This document shows, in pieces, positions 1 through 8,690 of a DNA stretch of 64,000 bases. The notes beneath the pieces are model-generated. The model was not told where the DNA came from, did no database searches, and was given only the letters and a program-made list of their open reading frames with translations. How positions within the stretch are numbered: position 1 is the first letter of the stretch; each line of letters starts with the position of its first letter. This stretch comes from Candidatus Nanohalobium sp. (GTDB taxonomy: Archaea; Nanohalarchaeota; Nanosalinia; Nanosalinales; Nanosalinaceae): positions 64,001 to 128,000 of the forward strand of contig JBDGSL010000002.1 in assembly GCA_042217555.1 (NCBI GenBank), read 5' to 3'. Made by a program: the position numbers and the translations under genes.

Positions 1-297
1 GTTCTCGGCGACTACGCCGATCTAAGTATCTATGTCACTGCTGAACTCGAGGAAAGAGCCAGAAGAGTTTTAGATGACCTTGAGAACAGAGATACTGAGG
101 AAGGAGGAGAAAACCTGGATGAAGTCAAGAAAAGAGTCCGTAAGCGAGACAGGGATAACCGTGAACGGTACAGAAAGTACTACGGGATAGACACAGGTAA
201 CACAGAGATATTCGATCTTTTCATCGACAACACCGATCTAGGGATAGAGGAGCAGGAAAGACTGGTGAAGAAAGCTCTCAGGAGAACCGGTCTTTGA
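1..297 (+). CDS. cmk: Cytidylate kinase, C-terminal part (5' truncated by window edge)
   Basis: Frame 1 reads ADLSIYVTAELEERARR...RDRDNRERYRKYYGIDTGNTEIFDLFIDNTDL, the archaeal Cmk C-terminal pattern; TGA at 295-297. Confidence 0.85.
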   Translation, partial: VLGDYADLSIYVTAELEERARRVLDDLENRDTEEGGENLDEVKKRVRKRDRDNRERYRKYYGIDTGNTEIFDLFIDNTDLGIEEQERLVKKALRRTGL

Positions 298-332
298 TTA
301 ATAATATAACCGGCGGACTGTAAAACTGTGAC

Positions 333-761
333 ATGAAAGGCCAGTCATCTGTAGAGTTTACTATGATCATGGGCATGGCCCTGGTGCTGGCCTCTCCTTT
401 TGTCCTGTCTGCTCAGACTTCCGTCGTAGATATGAAGGATGCCTCAGACTATCTCCAGTTGAAGAGATCTATGGATGAGTTAAAAATAGCTGCACAGGAA
501 CTGAACCAGAGTATGTATCCTGCGAGAAGAAATCTAGATTTTACAACGCCTGAAGATGTTACAGGTGTCTACAGCAAGGATCTGCCTGATGGTTCGGCCC
601 TGATATTTGAAACGTATTCCCAGGGCGCATACGAGAACCGTTCTATGGTCTTTCGGTTTGATCTTGAGGTGAACAGTTTTGGAAACATAACCCGGGTAGG
701 TATACACAGGGTACGTCTCAGGACTGCTTCTAACGCTGTCAACATGTCGGTGGTATCGTGA
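333..761 (+). CDS. Class III signal peptide (minor pilin-like) protein
   Basis: N-terminus MKGQSSVEF followed by a hydrophobic helix. Confidence 0.8.
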   Translation: MKGQSSVEFTMIMGMALVLASPFVLSAQTSVVDMKDASDYLQLKRSMDELKIAAQELNQSMYPARRNLDFTTPEDVTGVYSKDLPDGSALIFETYSQGAYENRSMVFRFDLEVNSFGNITRVGIHRVRLRTASNAVNMSVVS

Positions 762-1141
762 ACAAGGGACAGGTCAGTGTAGAGTTTGTTTCACTGCTTT
801 CGATCGCACTCCTGGCTTCTTCAGTGCTTTTAGGCCTGCTTAACTACAGGGTTGCAGCGGCTGATGAACGCCACGGATACGTGAAGGCTGAGGAGATCGC
901 TCAGAGAACAGCTTACCATGTAGAGTACCTCTCAGCCAATCCTGATTCAAAGGTAGATATCAGCTACTCTCCCAGGTTGGACCGTAACTACACAGTGAAA
1001 ATACAATCTAACCAGGTTACTGCAGCTTTTGAAGACGGTAACGCAAGCTACCCGGTCAACTACAACGGGCCTTCCGCTAACTTCACTACATCTCAGAAAA
1101 CGACATTAATATACAGTGATGGAGGTGTAAAAGTTGAGTAA
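758..1141 (+). CDS. Class III signal peptide (minor pilin-like) protein
   Basis: MNKGQVSVEF plus hydrophobic helix; GTGA overlap with the previous gene. Confidence 0.8.
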   Translation: MNKGQVSVEFVSLLSIALLASSVLLGLLNYRVAAADERHGYVKAEEIAQRTAYHVEYLSANPDSKVDISYSPRLDRNYTVKIQSNQVTAAFEDGNASYPVNYNGPSANFTTSQKTTLIYSDGGVKVE

Positions 1142-1619
1142 GGGCCAGTTGTTTGCTGCTGATTTCTCTGCAAGCGTAATGATCTTTTCATTCTTCATAC
1201 TCTTCTTTGGACTGGCATGGAACAGCTCGTTGGATCTCTTTGCCTCTGAAAGAAATATTTTACATGATCAAGGAGAGTACACATTCAACATTCTGAAAAC
1301 CTCTGGCAGCCCGGAGAACTGGGATTCATCTGACGTCAAAGTACCGGGCCTCTACATAGAAGGCCGTCTTTCTGAAAGAAAAGTCCTGGAACTGAAGAAT
1401 CTCTCTGAGTCCGTGCAGAGAAGGCTGCTGAAAACCCAAGAGTTCATGCTGGAGGTCAACTACCTGAACGGATCTACAGTTATGGAGAATGGCGAAAACC
1501 TGACAGTTCAGACCTCTGCACTGCCTGTGAACCGATCCGTGTATGTACACCAGGCGACCGCCGTACTCAGGGAAGATAGAAAAAGGGCCGAACTCAACTA
1601 TTACACATGGCAGAACTGA
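1134..1619 (+). CDS. Class III signal peptide (minor pilin-like) protein
   Basis: MSKGQLFAADF plus hydrophobic helix; SD GGAGGTG upstream of a TTG start. Confidence 0.75.
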   Translation: MSKGQLFAADFSASVMIFSFFILFFGLAWNSSLDLFASERNILHDQGEYTFNILKTSGSPENWDSSDVKVPGLYIEGRLSERKVLELKNLSESVQRRLLKTQEFMLEVNYLNGSTVMENGENLTVQTSALPVNRSVYVHQATAVLREDRKRAELNYYTWQN

Positions 1620-2053
1620 AAGGATTCTACTTCTCACTTGACGCCATACTTGCAACCTCAGTTCTGATGGGAGTGATAATGCTTCTAACAGGTTACACAT
1701 CCGGCGAACCCGCGGAGAAAAGGATACCTGACCTAGACCAGATACATAACTCGGCGGTTCAGAAAGTATCGAACTGGAACAGCAGCATAGACTCCTCAAA
1801 AACCGTCCTCGGACACATCTACTACCAGTACTACTCCGGAAATATTTCCAGAGCAGAACAGACATGCCTCAGCTACTTCCGGATAGAAAAACCTTACGCC
1901 CTCTACATGATAAACTCCACACACAGACAGAAGATATGTGGCAGCATCCAGAAAGACGCAGAACTGGCAACAGAAAGCGTAATAACACCAGACATACCTG
2001 TAAACCAAAACTTTCAAGGCCCTAAAAAAGCAGTCCTGGTGGTAGAAGATTAA
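1607..2053 (+). CDS. Class III signal peptide (minor pilin-like) protein
   Basis: LKGFYFSLDAILA plus hydrophobic helix; overlaps the previous gene. Confidence 0.75.
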   Translation: MAELKGFYFSLDAILATSVLMGVIMLLTGYTSGEPAEKRIPDLDQIHNSAVQKVSNWNSSIDSSKTVLGHIYYQYYSGNISRAEQTCLSYFRIEKPYALYMINSTHRQKICGSIQKDAELATESVITPDIPVNQNFQGPKKAVLVVED

Positions 2054-3164
2054 AGGAACAGCATACACTCCGTTCGCCTTGCTTGCAGCCACAGTAATAC
2101 TTTCAATGGCTACAGCCACTCATGCATCGATACAGCCTGAAACACAGGACGTATACGCTCGGTACTCGCTGCAGGAATCCTGGCAACACACACAGGAAGA
2201 GTACACACTCCGATCGCTTCAGAAACTGGCAGATATATCCGCAGATAAACAGGTTGAAAGCCTTGAAACAGGGGTAGAAAACCTGACAGAAAACGGAAAC
2301 CTCAACGGAACACACCAACTTGACATAAACCACAGGAACTGGAGCAAACATGCCACAGAGCTATCCTCTGAAATCCAGGAAACCCGTCTTGAAGTCACAT
2401 CAGTAGAGGCCTACAACTTTACACTGAACACTTCCTCCAACTTGACTGTCGACACAGAAAAAGGAGGGTTCACAGCAAGGATAGAATCATCAACAGAGAT
2501 AAAACAAGTAAAAGATCCTCTGCTTGACGAAATCTCCTACCAGACTGAAATAGAAGCCTGCAACTTCAATAAACTGGCTGAAAGAGTCTCTACAGCTGAA
2601 TGGAACGGAACAGCAAGAGGAAAACCTGTAAAAAAAGCTCCAGGAAATATAGATTCGCCTTACGGAGAGAAAATACTTGTAACAACTGATATAACACAGT
2701 ACGACAACGATACTACCCGGCAGCTGGCAGGATACGTGTCCGAAACAGATCCGACACGGCCAGGAAAGTACAACGACAACTATGTTGTCGGCGTATCCTC
2801 CACGCCAGACTTTGAAAACAGACAGAACGCACTGATAAACGACGGTCTGTGGAAAACAAACTTTGAAAGAGTTATAGAGGCCCGGTGCTACCTTTCAACT
2901 TCACTGGATGCTGCGCCCTCCGTAAAAAACAGGATAGAAGACAGGTCGCGGGGAGAAAACAGTCAGGGAATTTTCACAGTTTTGAACGCCTCAGAAGTTG
3001 GAGAAACCACGGACTCTGACATCGGATATGAGAGAGTGAACTCCACAGGACTCAACCTTGAACAGATAGAAGGCATTTCCACAGGAGAAGGACTCACATG
3101 GCCATACTTCCGGATGAGTCAAAAACTTGCAGAACAACACGGACTGGGAGATCTTATAGATTAA
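2049..3164 (+). CDS. Large pilin-like secreted protein (start uncertain: ATT 2049 or TTG 2079)
   Basis: Frame open from 2046; IKGTAYTPFALLAATVIL resembles the class III peptides of the four upstream genes. Confidence 0.65.
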   Translation: MKGTAYTPFALLAATVILSMATATHASIQPETQDVYARYSLQESWQHTQEEYTLRSLQKLADISADKQVESLETGVENLTENGNLNGTHQLDINHRNWSKHATELSSEIQETRLEVTSVEAYNFTLNTSSNLTVDTEKGGFTARIESSTEIKQVKDPLLDEISYQTEIEACNFNKLAERVSTAEWNGTARGKPVKKAPGNIDSPYGEKILVTTDITQYDNDTTRQLAGYVSETDPTRPGKYNDNYVVGVSSTPDFENRQNALINDGLWKTNFERVIEARCYLSTSLDAAPSVKNRIEDRSRGENSQGIFTVLNASEVGETTDSDIGYERVNSTGLNLEQIEGISTGEGLTWPYFRMSQKLAEQHGLGDLID

Positions 3165-3215
3165 TTAGAAAAAAAGATGAGGAAAAAGAGGTTAAATGCG
3201 GTTTTTCTACGGAAC

Positions 3216-3695
3216 CTAGTTCATAGGTGTCTGGATCTTCATTTCTCCGCTGATCGTTCCTGTTTCCTGCAGGCCTGTCAACTGTCCTTCGTTGTAAGTG
3301 ACAGTGAGATCAAGTTCTTTTCTGTCGCCTGACGTTATGTTAGGTAATATAACAGTTCCTGTGTCTGTGCTTGGAATGGATGGAAGTCCACTTGTGTCGT
3401 TCCAGAGCATGTCTCCGGTGTTGGTGTTCTCAACTGAGACGTTTACTATATCTACTGTCTCGGTAGTTGATGCTCTGATCTCCATCTGCAGACCGTTGTC
3501 GGATACTCCGAAGTTTTCTATCCTTAAATCGGAACTCCCACTGAATCCGGAAATCGCTGAGGGACTTGATGACTGGCTCTGGATTGTTGTGAAGATTGCT
3601 CCTCCTACGATAGCGATTACTAGAAGCATCCATCCGTATGTGGTTAGGTATTCGATTGCGGACTGACCTTTCCTGTGACTCGAAATTTTTGCCAT
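3216..3695 (-). CDS. Type IV pilin (candidate major pilin)
   Basis: RKGQSAIEYLTTYGWMLLVIAIVGG class III signal; directly downstream of the pilus assembly genes. Confidence 0.85.
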   Translation of the reverse strand: MAKISSHRKGQSAIEYLTTYGWMLLVIAIVGGAIFTTIQSQSSSPSAISGFSGSSDLRIENFGVSDNGLQMEIRASTTETVDIVNVSVENTNTGDMLWNDTSGLPSIPSTDTGTVILPNITSGDRKELDLTVTYNEGQLTGLQETGTISGEMKIQTPMN

Positions 3696-3729
3696 AGTTA
3701 AGTATTCTCCTCCCTGTTTAAAAGTTTTT

Positions 3730-4698
3730 TTAGAGGAGTCCTGCGAGCAAAGTTTTTATCCCCAGGAACAGTGATACTGCTATAGACACGGTAAACGGTA
3801 TGTACTTAGTTCCTTCCTTTATGTTGCCGTTCTTTATCTGTGAAATTATCAGGGAGGAGAAGAAGTTTGAGATGATGAGTGCGGCTATTGAGAACTGGAC
3901 GAGGAAGTCGGTGTTGACATCAGGTTTCTGGAAGGAAAGCCCTGTGGATCCTCCGGTTGCGAACTCTCCTCCCTGCTGGAGGTTGGTTTGCTCCCACATC
4001 TGTGTTGTGGTCTCTGCCATGTAGGTCGTGATGCCGAAGAGGGCCGGTGCGCCGAAGACTGCGGCCATCAGGATGAAGATGATGTACATCCTTATACTGG
4101 ATTTTATCTCGTCTCTCAGCTCCAGTGAACTTCTTATATCGTCTGCACTTGACTCCAGGAGTTCTGCAGTGTTTCCGCCTGCCTCTATGGCATTTGACAG
4201 CACCTTCAACGTGTCTTTGAAAAGTCCGGAGTTGACACGGCCTCTCAGGTTGTCCAGTGCGTCGTCCACGGGTCTGCCGCCGGATATCTCTATTGCAGTG
4301 GTCCTGAGTTCGTCTTCCAAAGGGCCGAACTCTTCTCTTGCAGAGGCGAGGAAAGCACGGTTGATGCTGGCCCCGGATTTGATGTTCGTACTTATCAGCA
4401 GGAGTGCGTCAGGCAGCATTCTCTCCATTTCCTTTCTTCTTCTCTCCGCAGCCACTGATATAACCATGTAAGGCGTTACGAAGTACGCGGCAGCACCTAT
4501 AAACGAGAAGAAGGCTGTGCGGACTGCAACAGAATAGGGCAGTATGTAAGCAATGATACCGGTCAAGACTACCCCCATCAGTCCAAGGCTTATCGTGGCT
4601 TTCTCGTAGTTGTCTATCTTTGCGTAAAGACTTTCACTCTCTATCCTGTCGGTGAATACATCAGGGTGAAGCTCGAACAGGAACTCTGTCTTGCTCAT
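3730..4698 (-). CDS. Type IV pilus membrane platform protein (T2SSF/TadC/PilC family)
   Basis: LPDALLLISTNIKSG...FGPLEDEL T2SSF motif; several TM helices. Confidence 0.9.
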   Translation of the reverse strand: MSKTEFLFELHPDVFTDRIESESLYAKIDNYEKATISLGLMGVVLTGIIAYILPYSVAVRTAFFSFIGAAAYFVTPYMVISVAAERRRKEMERMLPDALLLISTNIKSGASINRAFLASAREEFGPLEDELRTTAIEISGGRPVDDALDNLRGRVNSGLFKDTLKVLSNAIEAGGNTAELLESSADDIRSSLELRDEIKSSIRMYIIFILMAAVFGAPALFGITTYMAETTTQMWEQTNLQQGGEFATGGSTGLSFQKPDVNTDFLVQFSIAALIISNFFSSLIISQIKNGNIKEGTKYIPFTVSIAVSLFLGIKTLLAGLL

Positions 4699-5531
4699 GC
4701 CTTCACCTCCGGCCTCTTGGACTTGACAAGGTTAAGGAAGAAGACCTGTGCGACTATCAACATGAAAAGGATAGCCAGATACATCTGCTGGTTGACAGCA
4801 GTCCCTGTAAAACTGGAGATAACTATCAAACCTGTTATGCCCAGGCTAGGCCCTATCACAGCGATTAAAAGGTAGACAAGTATGTAAGGATTAAGCTCTT
4901 TCCCGTACTTCTCTATAGCAAGCTTCTGCTCTGTAATTATAGAGTCAACTATCGATTCAAGTGTTACAGAGATATCTGTACCTGATTTTATGGAGTTAGC
5001 CAGTTGCCACATAGCTCTTCTGTACTGTTCGCTGGGGTTACGGACTATTGACTCTTCCAGTGCAGTTGCAAGAGATTTACCTCCTTCCACGTCCTTTACT
5101 ATGATCTTGAGTTCTTCAGAAGCTTCTCCGTAACCTTCTGTAGCTGTCTTCATCGCCTGATGCAGTGAGATACCGGACTTTATCTGTATAAGTATATCTC
5201 TGAGTGCGTACGGCAGGTCTTTTTCCAGCTTCCTGGTTCTCTTCTTCGTCCTTATACGTGGCAGATTGGCCATGGTAAGAAATGTCATCCCGGTGAGGAG
5301 AGGAAGTGCAGCGATACCTAGCTTTGTGGTAGCAGGTTGCTCAAGTATCACGCCCATAGAAATAAGAGATATTCCGGCAGGAAAACCTGCTTTCAAGGCC
5401 TTGAATATACACTCCGCAAGGTACTCCTCCGGCTCCTTATCCATTCTTGCATTATCCAGCTGCCGGTTCATCTTTGGAAACAACTTGGACGCTCTCTGCC
5501 CAAGCGAAAGAAAAACATCTTCTCTAATCAT
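4695..5531 (-). CDS. Type IV pilus membrane platform protein (T2SSF/TadB-like)
   Basis: LEKDLPYALRDILIQIKSG...YGEASEEL T2SSF motif; TM helices. Confidence 0.9.
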   Translation of the reverse strand: MIREDVFLSLGQRASKLFPKMNRQLDNARMDKEPEEYLAECIFKALKAGFPAGISLISMGVILEQPATTKLGIAALPLLTGMTFLTMANLPRIRTKKRTRKLEKDLPYALRDILIQIKSGISLHQAMKTATEGYGEASEELKIIVKDVEGGKSLATALEESIVRNPSEQYRRAMWQLANSIKSGTDISVTLESIVDSIITEQKLAIEKYGKELNPYILVYLLIAVIGPSLGITGLIVISSFTGTAVNQQMYLAILFMLIVAQVFFLNLVKSKRPEVKA

Positions 5532-7032
5532 GTCTACCCGTTACTTCCTCAACACTGGCCTCGTCACGGATTTTACCAAGAACTTCCTCTTTACCTGAGT
5601 AGTACTCCGCGACAACCCTTCCAACATCCTCAAGCTCATCGACCTCGTTATCAACCATCCAGTGAAGGATCTCCCGCTTCTCCTCAATGTTATCCCGGAT
5701 CTCCTCATCCGTCAGACCGGTAAGAGTCTTCAACTTATCCAAGACCTCCCTGGAGTTACCGTCCTTGTAGAAACTGTCCTCCTGAGAGTTCCAGTCATAG
5801 ATAGTATGAGGAGATATATCATCTCCGTCATCAATGACCTCGGCAATCTCCATAACACGCCTGAAGTTCCTCCTCCTGTCACGGAACATAACAACGTTCA
5901 GATCCACCGCCCCAACAACCGTCTCCGAAACATCAATAGGAGGATTAGTCATACGCTTCAAAGTCGTCTCAGCAGTATCAGCATGCAACGTAGAGTAAAC
6001 CGAGTGCCCTGTCTGCATAGCCTCGAAAAGCACCTCGGCCTGACGCTTCCTACGGATCTCACCCACCAGAATCCTGTCAGGACGCATACGCAGAGAGTTA
6101 ACCAAGAGATCCTGCATAGAAACCTCTCCCTGACCATCAGGATTCGCCTCACGTGTAGTCATAGGCACCCAGTGAAGAAACTCCGGTAGAGACACCTCAC
6201 GCGTATCCTCAATCGAAATAATCCTCTGATTAGGAGGCATAAACGGAGTAAGCACATTTAAAAGAGAGGTCTTGCCTGTACCTGTCCCTCCACTTATAAT
6301 CACGTTCATCTCGTACTGTATGCAGAGCCAGAGAAAAGCAGCCATTTCAGGGCTGATAGTACCTATCTCAATGAAATCTGTAATAGTCCAGGGATCTCTG
6401 GCGAACTTTCTGATTGTTATAGTATTTCCCTGTGTTGATATAGGGCTTAAAGTTGCGTTAGTACGGTCTCCGCTTGGGAGGTGTGCGTCAAGCAACGGGT
6501 GAAGTGAGGAAATATTCTTTCCGACACCACGGCCTATCTCGGAGGCGTAGTTGTATACTTCATCCTCGTCGTCGAACGTGATATCGGTCTTCAGCCAGCC
6601 GTGTTCCTTGTGGTAGGCCCAGGCAGGTTCATCTGAACTGTTGATAACTATCTCCTCAAGGCCGTTATCGTTCAACAGTATCTCCACATCTCCCAGTCCC
6701 AGCATCTCGTGGATAAGGTTTCCTATCAACGTGTTCAGTTTTTCCTCTTCAACACTTGGAAGCTGGTTCTCAAGTATTTCTTTCGCAGTCTCACGGAATA
6801 TCCTCCGGGACTCCTCCATCTCGTTACTGTCCTCAAAGTTTTCAGTGGTGATATCTGCCTCTGCGATCGTCCTATCCCTGATCTCGTCCAGTATAGCCTC
6901 TGTTGCAGCACTCGGCTGAGGCCTCTTCACCCTGTAACGCTTGACGTAATCATCTTCATCCCTGATCTCGATCTCGGCAGGTACCTTATCTGCGTGAACC
7001 ACGTAATCCTCTATAACCTCTTCCTCACTCAT
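5524..7032 (-). CDS. Type IV pilus assembly ATPase (PilB/TadA/VirB11 family)
   Basis: Walker A GGTGTGKTS, SIEDTRE, LRMRPDRILVGEIR and His box GHSVYSTLHA. Confidence 0.95.
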   Translation of the reverse strand: MSEEEVIEDYVVHADKVPAEIEIRDEDDYVKRYRVKRPQPSAATEAILDEIRDRTIAEADITTENFEDSNEMEESRRIFRETAKEILENQLPSVEEEKLNTLIGNLIHEMLGLGDVEILLNDNGLEEIVINSSDEPAWAYHKEHGWLKTDITFDDEDEVYNYASEIGRGVGKNISSLHPLLDAHLPSGDRTNATLSPISTQGNTITIRKFARDPWTITDFIEIGTISPEMAAFLWLCIQYEMNVIISGGTGTGKTSLLNVLTPFMPPNQRIISIEDTREVSLPEFLHWVPMTTREANPDGQGEVSMQDLLVNSLRMRPDRILVGEIRRKRQAEVLFEAMQTGHSVYSTLHADTAETTLKRMTNPPIDVSETVVGAVDLNVVMFRDRRRNFRRVMEIAEVIDDGDDISPHTIYDWNSQEDSFYKDGNSREVLDKLKTLTGLTDEEIRDNIEEKREILHWMVDNEVDELEDVGRVVAEYYSGKEEVLGKIRDEASVEEVTGRHD

Positions 7033-8639
7033 ACAGCATCCACACCTCTAAAATGAGAAATCCAGTCTCTGATTTTACCTATGAAACCACTGGAAGGTTC
7101 CTCAGCGTTCTCCAGATCATTCTCAAGCTTGTCAATAGTACTGGCGATCTCCATCCTCTCCATCTCACCTACCTCAGTGTTCTTCAACTCTTTCTTCAAC
7201 TTCATCATCCTTTCATTCAACTCGCTGTACACCTCATCGTTACGGACCTCTTCATCCCTCAACTTCTCACCGAAAGAACTTAACTCGCTCACAGTACTCT
7301 CAAAATTACTGCCGCCGCGTGCCACGCCTACCGACTCACCTGTACCACTGGTTTCTACACTATCTGACTCGGCCCGGGTTTCAAACTTCTCTCCGGTTTC
7401 AGTGTCGGTATCAACTTTTTCACCGGAGCCCTGAGACCCACTGCTCTTCACAGCAGAATCACCCGCTGTTTCACTCCCTTTCTCCGGCTTCACCTTCTTC
7501 CTTCTTTCATCTTCGGAAGCGTCAAACCTGGCTCCCTCACCGCTATTCCCGGACTCCGGGACATCATCTTCAACCTGAGAACCTTCTTCCATCTTTTCAG
7601 CAGGCTCGCTGCGTTTCACAGTCTTCTTCTTGGCAGGCTTCACCTTCTTGACCTTCTTACCGGTCTTCTTTATCTTCGCCTTATCAGCCTTCAACTTGCT
7701 CTTCTTTTCCCCTTCCTCTTCTTTCTCTTTCTGCTTGCGCTCCAGCTCCTGTTTAAGCTTCTTCTTACCTTCCTCCTTCGACAAATCGGAAGGATCCTTC
7801 TCATCAAGGCTTTTACCGCCTTCATCCTCTTCACTGCTGTTTTCACGCTCCTCTTCTTCACTTTCTTCTTCCTTCCTTTCCTCGGCTTTTTGCTTTACTT
7901 TATCCTCTTCTTCGTCTTCTTTCTCTTCCGGCTTACTGTCTTCCGCCTCTTCCCCGGTTTCTGAGTCTTCTTCAGACTTGTCCTCCTCCCCCGGTTCTTC
8001 TGCTGTCTCTTTTTCCTCTCCGGCCTCTTCACCACTTTCCCCGTTATCTTTCTCTGAAGGCCTCTCACTCTCTTCACTGTCATCCTCCTTTCTCTGTATA
8101 TGTTCCTCACTGCTTTCTTCCCCGCCTTCCACCTGCGAGATATCAGTATCACTCCGGCCCTTACTCCTGCCAGGCCGTCGGATACCCGTACCACCTATCT
8201 CCTCACGTATATCAGTCCTGTCAACATCAGCACTCGGCTCACGGTGAATAGTCGTCGGCACCTCCTCAACCGTCTCCACCTCCTCAACCTCCTCAGTCTC
8301 ATCCGCCTCAATCTCAATCACATCAGCATCAAGAGGAAGCTCGGAACGGCCAACATTCAACTCCTCATAAGGCTGATCCGCATCATACTCAAGCACCATA
8401 CCCTTCACAGCAGAATAAGTAATCTCAATATAACCACTCTCCTCCAAAGCCTTCGCCCACGTCTTAACAGTATCCTCAGGCACACCAAGATCATCCGCAA
8501 TATCACTCACAGGAAACTTCGTCTTCTCCTCCAGAAAACTCAACAAAGTATCAGCACCCGTCTCAATATCCGGAGAATCACCCTCAGAACCACCATCCTC
8601 TTCCAGGCCCTCACCCTGCTGCACCTCTTCCTCAGTCAT
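7029..8639 (-). CDS. Acidic low-complexity protein with N-terminal winged-HTH-like domain, coupled to the pilus ATPase gene
   Basis: VSDIADDLGVPEDTVKTWAKALEESGYIEI HTH pattern; long E/K-rich linker; ATGA overlap with the ATPase gene. Confidence 0.7.
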   Translation of the reverse strand: MTEEEVQQGEGLEEDGGSEGDSPDIETGADTLLSFLEEKTKFPVSDIADDLGVPEDTVKTWAKALEESGYIEITYSAVKGMVLEYDADQPYEELNVGRSELPLDADVIEIEADETEEVEEVETVEEVPTTIHREPSADVDRTDIREEIGGTGIRRPGRSKGRSDTDISQVEGGEESSEEHIQRKEDDSEESERPSEKDNGESGEEAGEEKETAEEPGEEDKSEEDSETGEEAEDSKPEEKEDEEEDKVKQKAEERKEEESEEEERENSSEEDEGGKSLDEKDPSDLSKEEGKKKLKQELERKQKEKEEEGEKKSKLKADKAKIKKTGKKVKKVKPAKKKTVKRSEPAEKMEEGSQVEDDVPESGNSGEGARFDASEDERRKKVKPEKGSETAGDSAVKSSGSQGSGEKVDTDTETGEKFETRAESDSVETSGTGESVGVARGGSNFESTVSELSSFGEKLRDEEVRNDEVYSELNERMMKLKKELKNTEVGEMERMEIASTIDKLENDLENAEEPSSGFIGKIRDWISHFRGVDAV

Positions 8640-8690
8640 TGCACCTGCAGAAAACTTCCCATCCCAGCAACTTAAACCCTTCCCACAGTT

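Noticed and set aside
7630..8247. Long Ser/Phe-rich antisense ORFs (also 30181-30741, 36116-36454, 48969-49295)
   Set aside because: They are reverse-complement shadows of Glu/Lys-rich real genes.
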